A stretch of 64,000 bases of DNA from an uncultured Thermoleophilia bacterium (lineage in GTDB: Bacteria; Actinomycetota; Thermoleophilia; UBA2241). The DNA lies in NCBI GenBank assembly GCA_963702475.1, contig CAVPCT010000006.1, positions 289,405 through 353,404 of the forward strand, in the 5' to 3' direction. Below the pieces are notes generated by a model that was not told the origin of the DNA, did no database searches, and saw nothing but the letters and a program-made list of their open reading frames with translations. Positions within the stretch are counted from its first letter, which is position 1. The number at the start of each line of letters is the position of its first letter. The position numbers and the translations under genes were made by a program. Positions 36,022-43,830 of the stretch are shown one piece after another.

Positions 36022-36986
36022 GACCCGGCGCCCTCCATGCCGTACTGCTCGAGGAGTCTCACCGTCTCCTTCGACAGCAGGCCCTGCCATACCTCGCGGC
36101 CGGGTTCGACGAGATGCCAGAGGTCGTAGAAGGCGCGGTCGCGCAGGCGCGCCTGAGTGACGAAGCTCACCCACTTCGCGTCCTTCTTGCGCGCCATGGC
36201 TTTGCAGTCGGCCGTGAACCGCTTGACCGGGGCGTCGAGCGACGAGCCGATGACAGCTGTATCGCGGGGCAGTTCCAGGAGGACCGGCCGGTACCCCCGG
36301 CTCCTGCAGGCGTCGACGAGGGCGTCGAGGGTCTTGAGATTCGTCGCGTAGTTCGCCTTGAAGGCGGGGTAGCGCTTGGCCAGCCACTCGCCAAGCAGGG
36401 CCTTCTTCTTCGCCACGGACTTCACCGCACTCTGGGTGTACTGGTGCTGCGCGTAGGGCGGCAGCGTGGCGACCGGCGCGGGAAGGGTGATGGTCGGCGA
36501 CGACGGCGGCGAGGTGAAGCGGCCGACGTTGATGCCGATGTAGACGATGCCCCGTGCCTGCGGCAGCTTCTTCACGAGGGCGACGTCCTGCGCCAGGGTG
36601 CGGTTGCGCGAGCCGAGGTTGTAGGCGGCCACCGGAGGGCCGCCATCTGCCTGGATCTGTGCCGTCCAGGAGGTGTCGCTGACGGTGGATTCGCGCGCCG
36701 CGGACCCGCCGAGCAGCACGACGATGGGCTCGGCAGGCGGATCGGCGCGCAGGTTCGCGACCACCTGGAGCACGTGACGCCAGTCGTTGCCGGCGGCGGC
36801 CCGCGGGGCGCTCGCCGCAGGGCCTGTGGCCTGGCTTGCCGCCGCCGTCGCTGAGGGCGCGGTGTGACTCTCGCCGGCCTGCGCCGCGCAGGCGGGGAGC
36901 GCGGCGAGCAGCAGCCCGGCTCCTGCGGTCAGGACCGCGGCGAGCCGGGCCCGCCGGCGCTTCGCCGGACGGCGCCGTGCTGCCAT
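36018..36986 (-). CDS. Secreted SGNH-like hydrolase-fold protein (paralog B), function uncertain
   Basis: Collinear with 35011-36021: VVLLGGSAARE, YIGINVGR and DLWHLVEPGR. Signal or lipoprotein-like N-terminus LLLAALPACAAQ. Confidence 0.5.
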   Translation of the reverse strand: MAARRRPAKRRRARLAAVLTAGAGLLLAALPACAAQAGESHTAPSATAAASQATGPAASAPRAAAGNDWRHVLQVVANLRADPPAEPIVVLLGGSAARESTVSDTSWTAQIQADGGPPVAAYNLGSRNRTLAQDVALVKKLPQARGIVYIGINVGRFTSPPSSPTITLPAPVATLPPYAQHQYTQSAVKSVAKKKALLGEWLAKRYPAFKANYATNLKTLDALVDACRSRGYRPVLLELPRDTAVIGSSLDAPVKRFTADCKAMARKKDAKWVSFVTQARLRDRAFYDLWHLVEPGREVWQGLLSKETVRLLEQYGMEGAGS

Positions 36987-37061
36987 GTCCGCGCGTGCCT
37001 TCACTCGGGATTCGACTGTAGCATGGGGCGAGTGGTCTCGCGACACAGGAGGAGCTCTGGC

Positions 37062-37919
37062 ATGCCGGATACCCTGAGCTGTACGTCCGACGAGTTCGCC
37101 GCGCGGGACGGTGTACGGCTCGTGCGGTGGGCGTGCCGGCCGGGCGACGAGGCTCGCGCGGCGGTCGCCGTCGTGCACGGGTACGGGGAGCACGCCGGCC
37201 GCTACCGTCAGCTCGCCCGGGAGCTGGCGGAACGCGGCTTCTGCACGTGCACGTACGATCTCCGCGGTCACGGCCGGTCCGCCGGGCGGCGCGGCCACGT
37301 CGGCAGGTTCAAGGAGTACCTCGACGATACCGGCCGGTTCCTCGATTGGGCGCGCCTGCAGGCGCGGGGCCTCCCGCTCTTCCTTCTGGGTCACAGCATG
37401 GGTGGCCTCATCGCGGCGCTGTTCGTCGAGCAGCGCCGTCCCGACGACCTCGCCGGCGTGGTCCTCTCCTCACCCTTCCTGAGGCTGGCGGAGCCGGTGC
37501 CCAGACACAAGCTCTTCCTGGCCCACATCGCCTCGGCGGTCGCACCTTCACTCGACGTGGGCAACACGCTGGACGCGGCCGGGCTCTCTCGCGACGACGA
37601 GGTCGTCGCGGCGTACCGAGCCGATCCGCTCAATCACGGCGTGGCCACGGCGCGGTGGGCGACGGAGGTGCTCTCCGCCCAGAAGACGGCGCTCGCTCAC
37701 GCCGGCCGCATCAGCCAGCGCCTGCTGGTGATGGCCGGGAGCGACGATGCGGTCGCTCATCCCGACGCGGCGCGAGAGCTCTTCGCAGCGGCCGCGTCCC
37801 GGGACAAGAAGCTCCTCGTGTACCCCGGCTTCCTGCACGAGATCTTCAACGAGGCCGGCAGGGACGCGCCCGTGGCCGACCTGCTGGCCTGGCTGGAGGC
37901 GCGCCTGCCGGAGGCGTGA
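37062..37919 (+). CDS. Alpha/beta hydrolase (lysophospholipase / monoacylglycerol lipase-like)
   Basis: VHGYGEHAGRY, nucleophile elbow LLGHSMGG, and a C-terminal GFLHEIFNE. The ATG follows AGGAGGAG. Confidence 0.85.
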   Translation: MPDTLSCTSDEFAARDGVRLVRWACRPGDEARAAVAVVHGYGEHAGRYRQLARELAERGFCTCTYDLRGHGRSAGRRGHVGRFKEYLDDTGRFLDWARLQARGLPLFLLGHSMGGLIAALFVEQRRPDDLAGVVLSSPFLRLAEPVPRHKLFLAHIASAVAPSLDVGNTLDAAGLSRDDEVVAAYRADPLNHGVATARWATEVLSAQKTALAHAGRISQRLLVMAGSDDAVAHPDAARELFAAAASRDKKLLVYPGFLHEIFNEAGRDAPVADLLAWLEARLPEA

Positions 37920-37948
37920 GGGGGGCGGGCCGGGAGGCGCCCGCTCCG

Positions 37949-37968
37949 GGCGGGCGCCGGCGCCCGCC
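37949..37968. terminator. Perfect 20-nt GC palindrome between convergent genes
   Basis: GGCGGGCGCCGGCGCCCGCC lies between the hydrolase stop (37919) and the SagB-type gene stop (37972). Confidence 0.4.
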
Positions 37969-37971
37969 TGC

Positions 37972-38715
37972 TCAGCTCCGCGGCCGGCCCACCGTGGTCA
38001 TGTAGACGACCGGCTCCTCGTCGGGGTCAACGCCGAGCAGGACCGCCGCCTCCTCGTCGTAGAAGGCGGCGACCTGGCAGGTACCGAGCCCCAGGGCGAC
38101 GGCCGCCAGGGCCACGTTCTGGGCGATGTGGCCGGCGTCCAGCAGTACGTAGCGCACGAAGCGCTGCCCGTACTTCCAGCGCGAGCGCTCGAGCACGGCC
38201 GTCCACAGGAAGACCGCGTCGGCGTCAGCCGCGATGCGCTGGTCGAGGGCGGCGCGCGCCAGGGGCAGGCGCACGTCGCCCGGTCGCACCTGCTCGAGGG
38301 CGCGCTCAAGGACGGCGTGGTGGTACACGCCGGGCTCCAGTCCCGTCACGCGGTGCGCTGCGACGTAGTGCTCGATGGGGAAGAGGCCGCCGGCCGACGG
38401 CGCCGTGCGAAAGGCGAAGCCGAGCTGCTGCGCGGTGACCCCGGCGGCCGCCCAGAGCAGCGCGGAGAGCTCCCCGAGGTCGAGTGACGGCGGCGCGTAG
38501 TCGCGCACGCTGCGCCGCCGCCCGAGCACCTCGAACAGGTCCTGGTGCGCCGCGCCCGGCGGCGCAAGGCGCGGCTCGGGCAGCTGGACGCGCGGCGCGT
38601 CGGGGTATGTCTTGAACCAGGCCGGCTGGCGGCTCCAGTCCATACGCCCGCCCACCAGCCGCTCGCGGGTGTGCCTCGTCTCCTTCAGGTACTGCTCGGC
38701 GATGCCGTCGTCCAC
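37972..38715 (-). CDS. SagB/ThcOx-type nitroreductase-fold dehydrogenase
   Basis: YLKETRHT...RRSVRDY...LSALLWAAAGVT...RTAPSAGGLFPIE...YVLLDAGHIAQNV. GTG 38715 follows AAGGAGA. Confidence 0.75.
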   Translation of the reverse strand: MDDGIAEQYLKETRHTRERLVGGRMDWSRQPAWFKTYPDAPRVQLPEPRLAPPGAAHQDLFEVLGRRRSVRDYAPPSLDLGELSALLWAAAGVTAQQLGFAFRTAPSAGGLFPIEHYVAAHRVTGLEPGVYHHAVLERALEQVRPGDVRLPLARAALDQRIAADADAVFLWTAVLERSRWKYGQRFVRYVLLDAGHIAQNVALAAVALGLGTCQVAAFYDEEAAVLLGVDPDEEPVVYMTTVGRPRS

Positions 38716-38778
38716 GTCAGTCTCCTTCCGCGCGGCCGGTCGGGCGCGGCGCATGCCGCGCCCGACCGGCCGCGGCCC

Positions 38779-39621
38779 TCACGTCTTCTCGCCGTCGCCC
38801 CCGTACGGCACGGGGATGTACTCCACCGACGGCCGCCGCTGCGTCCGCCGTGGGTAGAGGTCCATGAGCGCGTAGACCTCGTCGGGCAGCCCTTCTTCCA
38901 CCGGCAGTCCCAGCCGCCCAGCCTCGTCGAGCCTGATTGGGTAGTCGTGGGTCCAGCGGCCCTCACTCAGGGTGGCGGCCAACTCGGCCGCGCGCTCCGG
39001 GAGTCGGTCGCGCACGAGTTCCTCCACCGTGTCGCGGACCTGGGCGATCGCCTTGCGCGAGAGGTCTCCCAGGATCAACGTCTGGTCGTCGCGGTTGGGG
39101 TTGGGCTCCTCCAGGGCGGCGAGGACGGATGCGGCCGGCCACATGCCCCGCAGCGGGTTGCCGAGCTGGGGGTCGACCGGCCCGAGCACTGCGTCGGCGT
39201 CCATCAGGATGGCGTCGGCGGCGAGTGCCACCAGGGTACCGCCCGACATGGCGTAGTGCGGCACCAGCACAGTCACCCTGCCCGGGTGTCGCCTGAGCGC
39301 GTAGGCGATCTGGTCCGAGGCCAGCACCAGGCCGCCCGGTGTGTGCAGGATCAGGTCGATGGGCATCTCCGGCGGCGTCATGCGCACTGCCTTGAGCACC
39401 TGCTCGGAGTCCTCCACGTCGATGTAGCGGCCGAAGGGGATGCCGAGCAGGCCGACGCTCTCCTGGCGGTGGACCATCGTGATGACGCGCGAGCCGCGGC
39501 GCTGCTCCAGCGCACGGATCAGGCTGCGCCGCCTCTTGTCACGGCGGCGGCGCAGCCAGCGCGGCAGAAGCCACGCGAGGGCAAGAAACGCGGCGATGAC
39601 GAGGAGCAAGACCCAGATCAT
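38779..39621 (-). CDS. Membrane-anchored SDH-family (ClpP-fold) serine protease
   Basis: N-terminal TM helix, then IDLILHTPGGLVLASDQIA and PHYAMSGGTLVALAADAILM, typical of the serine dehydrogenase proteinase family. Confidence 0.8.
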   Translation of the reverse strand: MIWVLLLVIAAFLALAWLLPRWLRRRRDKRRRSLIRALEQRRGSRVITMVHRQESVGLLGIPFGRYIDVEDSEQVLKAVRMTPPEMPIDLILHTPGGLVLASDQIAYALRRHPGRVTVLVPHYAMSGGTLVALAADAILMDADAVLGPVDPQLGNPLRGMWPAASVLAALEEPNPNRDDQTLILGDLSRKAIAQVRDTVEELVRDRLPERAAELAATLSEGRWTHDYPIRLDEAGRLGLPVEEGLPDEVYALMDLYPRRTQRRPSVEYIPVPYGGDGEKT

Positions 39622-39759
39622 GGACTCGTCGTGCCCGCTGCGGCCGGGGGCGACACCTGCCGTCCGCCGGAAGCGGGTGCCCGACTGTGTGCGGATTGGC
39701 AACGACGAAGCCCGGCGGGGAGCGGCGTGCCGCCTCCCGCCGGGCTTCTGGCGGACTCC

Positions 39760-40998
39760 TTACTCGGCGCCGGTCGCGTCCTGCGGCGCCCGCTCTTGGA
39801 ACGGCCACTCGCCAGTGACGTAGCTGACCGCCACCTGGTACAGGGCCAGCAGGATCAGGAGCACGATGATCCACGTCCACGAGGAGGCCGAGACGAGCAG
39901 CAGGATGAGCAGCACGACCAGACCGATCACGCGCACGAGCGCGACGTTCTTGCGGATCCAGCGGATGGCAGGACTGTCCGACTTGGCGACCTCGTCGGCC
40001 CTGCTGGCGCCGGCCTTGCCTGCTTTGACGGCGAACTCCCGGATGTCGCGGCGCCCGATGATCCACGCCACCACGGCCACCACGGCGCCGATCGCCACGA
40101 TCCAGATGGTCATGGTGGTCAGCGGCCGCAGGGAGCTGTCGATGACGTCACGGGCCAGCGTCCGCGCCGCGCCCGCCGTCAGGTTGTCGACGATGTAGGC
40201 AGTGGCTCTCTTGATCACGACGTGTGTGATGACGAGGGCGACGGCCACGCCGATGCCGAGCACGATGATGGTGGTGCGGCGCCGGTGCGAGAGCCAGATG
40301 GTCAGGGCCACGAGGGCGGCCACCATGACGGGCAGGATCCACATGAGGCTGTCGAAGATCCTGATGGCCGTCTGTGCAGGGCCAAGGGCGTCGTTCGTGA
40401 GGAGCGTGAGCTGCCCGAAGTCCGCGGGCAGCGGCTTGCCCGACCACTGAGACACCTGCTGGATGGCCTCGTCCGGAGGCGTCGTCGCCTCGATGACCGG
40501 GACGGCGATGCGGCTCTGCAGCGCGCCGGGCAGCTTGCTCTCGAGCGACAGGAGGACCTGACTCACGAGCGGCAGGACGTTCAGCTTGACGTCGCTGCCC
40601 GCGATGTAGGTGTACGTGTTCTCGCCACGCAGCAGGCCCACGACACTCTCATGGGCGACCTCGTTGATCCTTAGCCACGCCTGGTAGGCCTTGTCCGTGC
40701 TGAGGAGCTGGTATGTCTGCTCCTGGATGAACGACTCGACCTGGGCGGTGATGGGCCCGGCGAGGAACTTGGCCCTGTCCGGCAGGACGGCCTCGGCTCG
40801 CGCCTGCAGGTCGGTGGCCGTGATGACCTGCAGCGAGATGTACTCGCTCAGCGACGTGATCGCTTCCGGGTCCTTGCCGATCGGCCCGACGATCTTCATG
40901 TAGCCGTCGGTGTTGAGGGTGGTGTAGTGCGCCCACCAGGTGAGACCGGTCACCACGACGGCGAGACACGAGAGGGTCACGAGGACGGCGATCAGCAC
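39760..40998 (-). CDS. Polytopic membrane protein of unknown function (N-terminus possibly truncated by a frameshift)
   Basis: The ORF starts at a GTG directly inside the first TM helix (VLIAVLVTLSCLAVVVTGL). There are several C-terminal TM helices and no family was recognised. Confidence 0.6.
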   Translation of the reverse strand: MLIAVLVTLSCLAVVVTGLTWWAHYTTLNTDGYMKIVGPIGKDPEAITSLSEYISLQVITATDLQARAEAVLPDRAKFLAGPITAQVESFIQEQTYQLLSTDKAYQAWLRINEVAHESVVGLLRGENTYTYIAGSDVKLNVLPLVSQVLLSLESKLPGALQSRIAVPVIEATTPPDEAIQQVSQWSGKPLPADFGQLTLLTNDALGPAQTAIRIFDSLMWILPVMVAALVALTIWLSHRRRTTIIVLGIGVAVALVITHVVIKRATAYIVDNLTAGAARTLARDVIDSSLRPLTTMTIWIVAIGAVVAVVAWIIGRRDIREFAVKAGKAGASRADEVAKSDSPAIRWIRKNVALVRVIGLVVLLILLLVSASSWTWIIVLLILLALYQVAVSYVTGEWPFQERAPQDATGAE

Positions 40999-41216
40999 GG
41001 TGTGGACGCGCCCGCGCAGGCGGTGCTGCTTGGGCGGGGCGTCGCCGGCCGCCGGCGCTTCGACGGCCGCCGCCCTGCCGTCACGGCCGTCTCGCCGTCG
41101 GCATCGGCGGCCGCGCTGACCGCCTGCGTGACGGCCGTCTGCTCGGCGGTGGCTTCTTCCTCGGTGCCCTCGGCGGGGGCGTCGTCAGCGGCGCCCGCCG
41201 GCTCCTTCTCGGTCAT
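40992..41216 (-). CDS. Acidic Ala/Glu-rich 74-aa ORF. It is either a small coupled protein or the displaced N-terminus of 39760-40998.
   Basis: ATG 41216 is preceded by GGAAGGGGA. Translates MTEKEPAGAADDAPAEGTEEEATAEQ... The stop overlaps the downstream GTG by 7 nt. Confidence 0.35.
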   Translation of the reverse strand: MTEKEPAGAADDAPAEGTEEEATAEQTAVTQAVSAAADADGETAVTAGRRPSKRRRPATPRPSSTACAGASTPC

Positions 41217-41411
41217 GGTCGTCCCCTTCCGGTCACGCGTGCTCGCTCGTCCTCGGCCGCCGTTGTGTCCGCCCGGCGCTCGCACCGGCGCCGTCCGGGC
41301 TTCAGTCCACGTTCGACGGCCCCCCCCGTTCCCCTCGTGACCGGGCGGCCGGCCGCCGTCCGCGATGACCGCAGGCGACGGTGGGCGGATCTCCGCGGGA
41401 CCGCCGTGCCG

Positions 41412-42833
41412 CTACAGCTCCGGGGCCACGGCGCGCAGCTCGTCCCACACGAGCCGCACGTGCTCGCGCTCGGTGTGCAGCGCGCCGATGGACACGCGGA
41501 GCATCTGCCGGCCCTTCAGCAGCGAGGGCGTGAGGTAGGCGCGGCCGGCCCGGTTCACACGGTCGGCGACCGCCAGGTTGTGGGCCGTGAGGGCGTCCTC
41601 GTCGCCGGCCAGGGCCGGTGGCTCGTGCCGCACGCACACGGTCTGGAGCGGCGCCGGCGCGAGGCGTTCCCACTCCGGCGCTGCGTCGACCTGCTCCGCC
41701 AGCCAGGCGGCATTCTCCACGTCGCGCCGCACGCGCGCCTGCAGGCCCTCCACGCCCTGGTCGCGAAGCAGGAACCACAGCTTGAGCGAGCGGAAGCGGC
41801 GGCCCAGCGGGATGCCCCAGTCGCGCAGGTTGCGCACGAGACCGTCCTGGGCCGTGCGCAGGTAGCTCGGGTCGGTGCTCATCACGCGCACCAGGTGCTC
41901 CGGGTCGCGCACGTAGTACGCGGAGAGGTCGAAGACGGTGCCGAGCCATTTGTGCGGGTTGAAGACGACGGAGTCGGCCGCCTCCACGCCGTCCCACATC
42001 CAGCGGTACTCGGGGCAGATCATGGCGGTGCCGGCGAGGGCCGCGTCCACGTGAAGCCACAGGCCGTGGCGCGCCGCCAGCTCGGCCACGCCGCGCACGG
42101 GGTCCAGGGCGGTGGTCGCGGTGGTGCCGACGGCGGCCACCACGGCGCAGGGCCGCCGCCCGGCAGCGAGGTCCTCCTCGACGGCCGCCTCGAGCAGGTC
42201 GAGGCGCAGGGCATGCTCGTCGTCGGTGCCGATGAGGCGCAGGTGCTCTGCGCCGAAGCCGGCCAGCAGCGCCGCCTTGGGGATCGAGCTGTGCGCCTGG
42301 TCGGAGGCGTAGACGACGAGCGGGGTGGCCTCACCCTGCAGGCCGCCGCGGTTCTGGCAGAAGCCACTGGTGCGCTCACGGGCGCAGAGCAGCGCGGTGA
42401 ACGTGGCCGTGCTGGCCGTGTCCTGGATGACGCCGGTGAACGTGTCCGGCAGCCCGACCATGCCGCGCAGCCACTCCATGACGACGTCCTCGAGCTCGGT
42501 GGCGGCGGGGCTCGTCTGCCAGCTCATGCCCTGCACGCCGAGCCCGGACGAGACCAGGTCGGCGAGCACGGTGGAGAGCTCGGCGTTGGACGGGAAGTAG
42601 GCGAAGAAGGCGGGGTGGTTCCAGTGCGTGATACCGGGGAGGACGATGTCGTCGAGGTCGACGGTGATGGAGTCGAGGCCGGCCGGCCGCGCCGGAGGCT
42701 CGGCCGGCAGCTTGGCCGCCACCTCGCCGGGCTGTACGCGGCTCATGACCGGCAGGTCGGCGATGTGTCCGCGGTAGTCGGCGATCCAGTCGACCAGCTC
42801 GTGGCCGAGGCGGCGGAAGTCGGCAGGGTCCAT
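41412..42833 (-). CDS. Aromatic-L-amino-acid decarboxylase-like group II PLP decarboxylase
   Basis: HWNHPAFFAYFPSN, HVDAALAGTAMICPE and SVVFNPHKWLGTVFDLSAYYVRD. Confidence 0.9.
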   Translation of the reverse strand: MDPADFRRLGHELVDWIADYRGHIADLPVMSRVQPGEVAAKLPAEPPARPAGLDSITVDLDDIVLPGITHWNHPAFFAYFPSNAELSTVLADLVSSGLGVQGMSWQTSPAATELEDVVMEWLRGMVGLPDTFTGVIQDTASTATFTALLCARERTSGFCQNRGGLQGEATPLVVYASDQAHSSIPKAALLAGFGAEHLRLIGTDDEHALRLDLLEAAVEEDLAAGRRPCAVVAAVGTTATTALDPVRGVAELAARHGLWLHVDAALAGTAMICPEYRWMWDGVEAADSVVFNPHKWLGTVFDLSAYYVRDPEHLVRVMSTDPSYLRTAQDGLVRNLRDWGIPLGRRFRSLKLWFLLRDQGVEGLQARVRRDVENAAWLAEQVDAAPEWERLAPAPLQTVCVRHEPPALAGDEDALTAHNLAVADRVNRAGRAYLTPSLLKGRQMLRVSIGALHTEREHVRLVWDELRAVAPEL

Positions 42834-42954
42834 GAGGTCTCCCTGAGGGTCGCAGGTCGGGACGGGCGGCGGGGCTGCGCCGGCCGCCGGCCGATTCTAC
42901 CGGACGCCACCCGGCGGCGACGGCGTGTGAGAGATCGTCTGCGCCCCGCGGCCG

Positions 42955-43617
42955 CTACCTGCGCTCGGCAACGATCACCTCTGAGGCCAACACCAGGTCG
43001 GTGACGATGAGTCGCGCCCGGACCGTCCACAGCTCGGGCGTGAGCAGGGGAACCAGTGTGACCGGGCGGCAGCCGCCCATGAGTGCGGGGTCCAGGCTCC
43101 ACACCGCGCGCCAGGCGCGCGTGAGGCCGCGAGCGATTGCTGTCCGGCCCGGGGTGAGGCTCGCCAGAGCGAGCAAGCCCCCGGGACGGAGCACGCGGTG
43201 TACCTCCGCGAGCAGCCCCTCGCAGTCGTCCGGGCTGAGCAGGTCGAGGACGTAGGTGCCGACGAAGCGATCGCACGAGCCGTCGTCCACGGGCAGGTCC
43301 ATCGAGCCGTCGGATCGCTCCACGCGCGCCCGGTCGCCCCACGGGGCGACGGCGGCGCGCGCCAGATCCACCATGCGGGGACTCACGTCCAGACCCAGGT
43401 AGCTCGCCCCGGCCGGGAGGCGCTCGGCCAGCACGCGGGCCGCCAGGCGGCCCGTGCCGCAGCCGAGTTCCAGCACGGCATCGGCGCGCTCGAACGCCGT
43501 ACGCTCCACGAGCGCGTCCAGCGCGCGCCGCTCGCTCAGCGGCCGCGTGTCCTGCCAGCGGCCGATGCGGTCGTAGATCCTCTGCGCCTGCGCGTGACTG
43601 ACGTAGCGCTCCGGCAA
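42955..43617 (-). CDS. Class I SAM-dependent methyltransferase
   Basis: VLELGCGTGRLA motif I and LRPGGLLAL. The only in-frame start is a TTG at 43617. Confidence 0.78.
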   Translation of the reverse strand: MPERYVSHAQAQRIYDRIGRWQDTRPLSERRALDALVERTAFERADAVLELGCGTGRLAARVLAERLPAGASYLGLDVSPRMVDLARAAVAPWGDRARVERSDGSMDLPVDDGSCDRFVGTYVLDLLSPDDCEGLLAEVHRVLRPGGLLALASLTPGRTAIARGLTRAWRAVWSLDPALMGGCRPVTLVPLLTPELWTVRARLIVTDLVLASEVIVAERR

Positions 43618-43830
43618 CCCGCCTCCTCCGTCATGGCCACCCTGAACGTCGCATCGAGCATCCTGTCAATCGAGATGACACCGTATTCAATGATACGCGC
43701 AACATCCCACACATCCGCGCACCTAGTGACACCCGTCACCCACTGAGACAGAATCGACCGCATCCGCGGCGCTGTGTCGCGAGGTAGGGGGGCCTCCCCC
43801 GGGGGGCCGGGTGCGAGACAGGAGGAGCTC

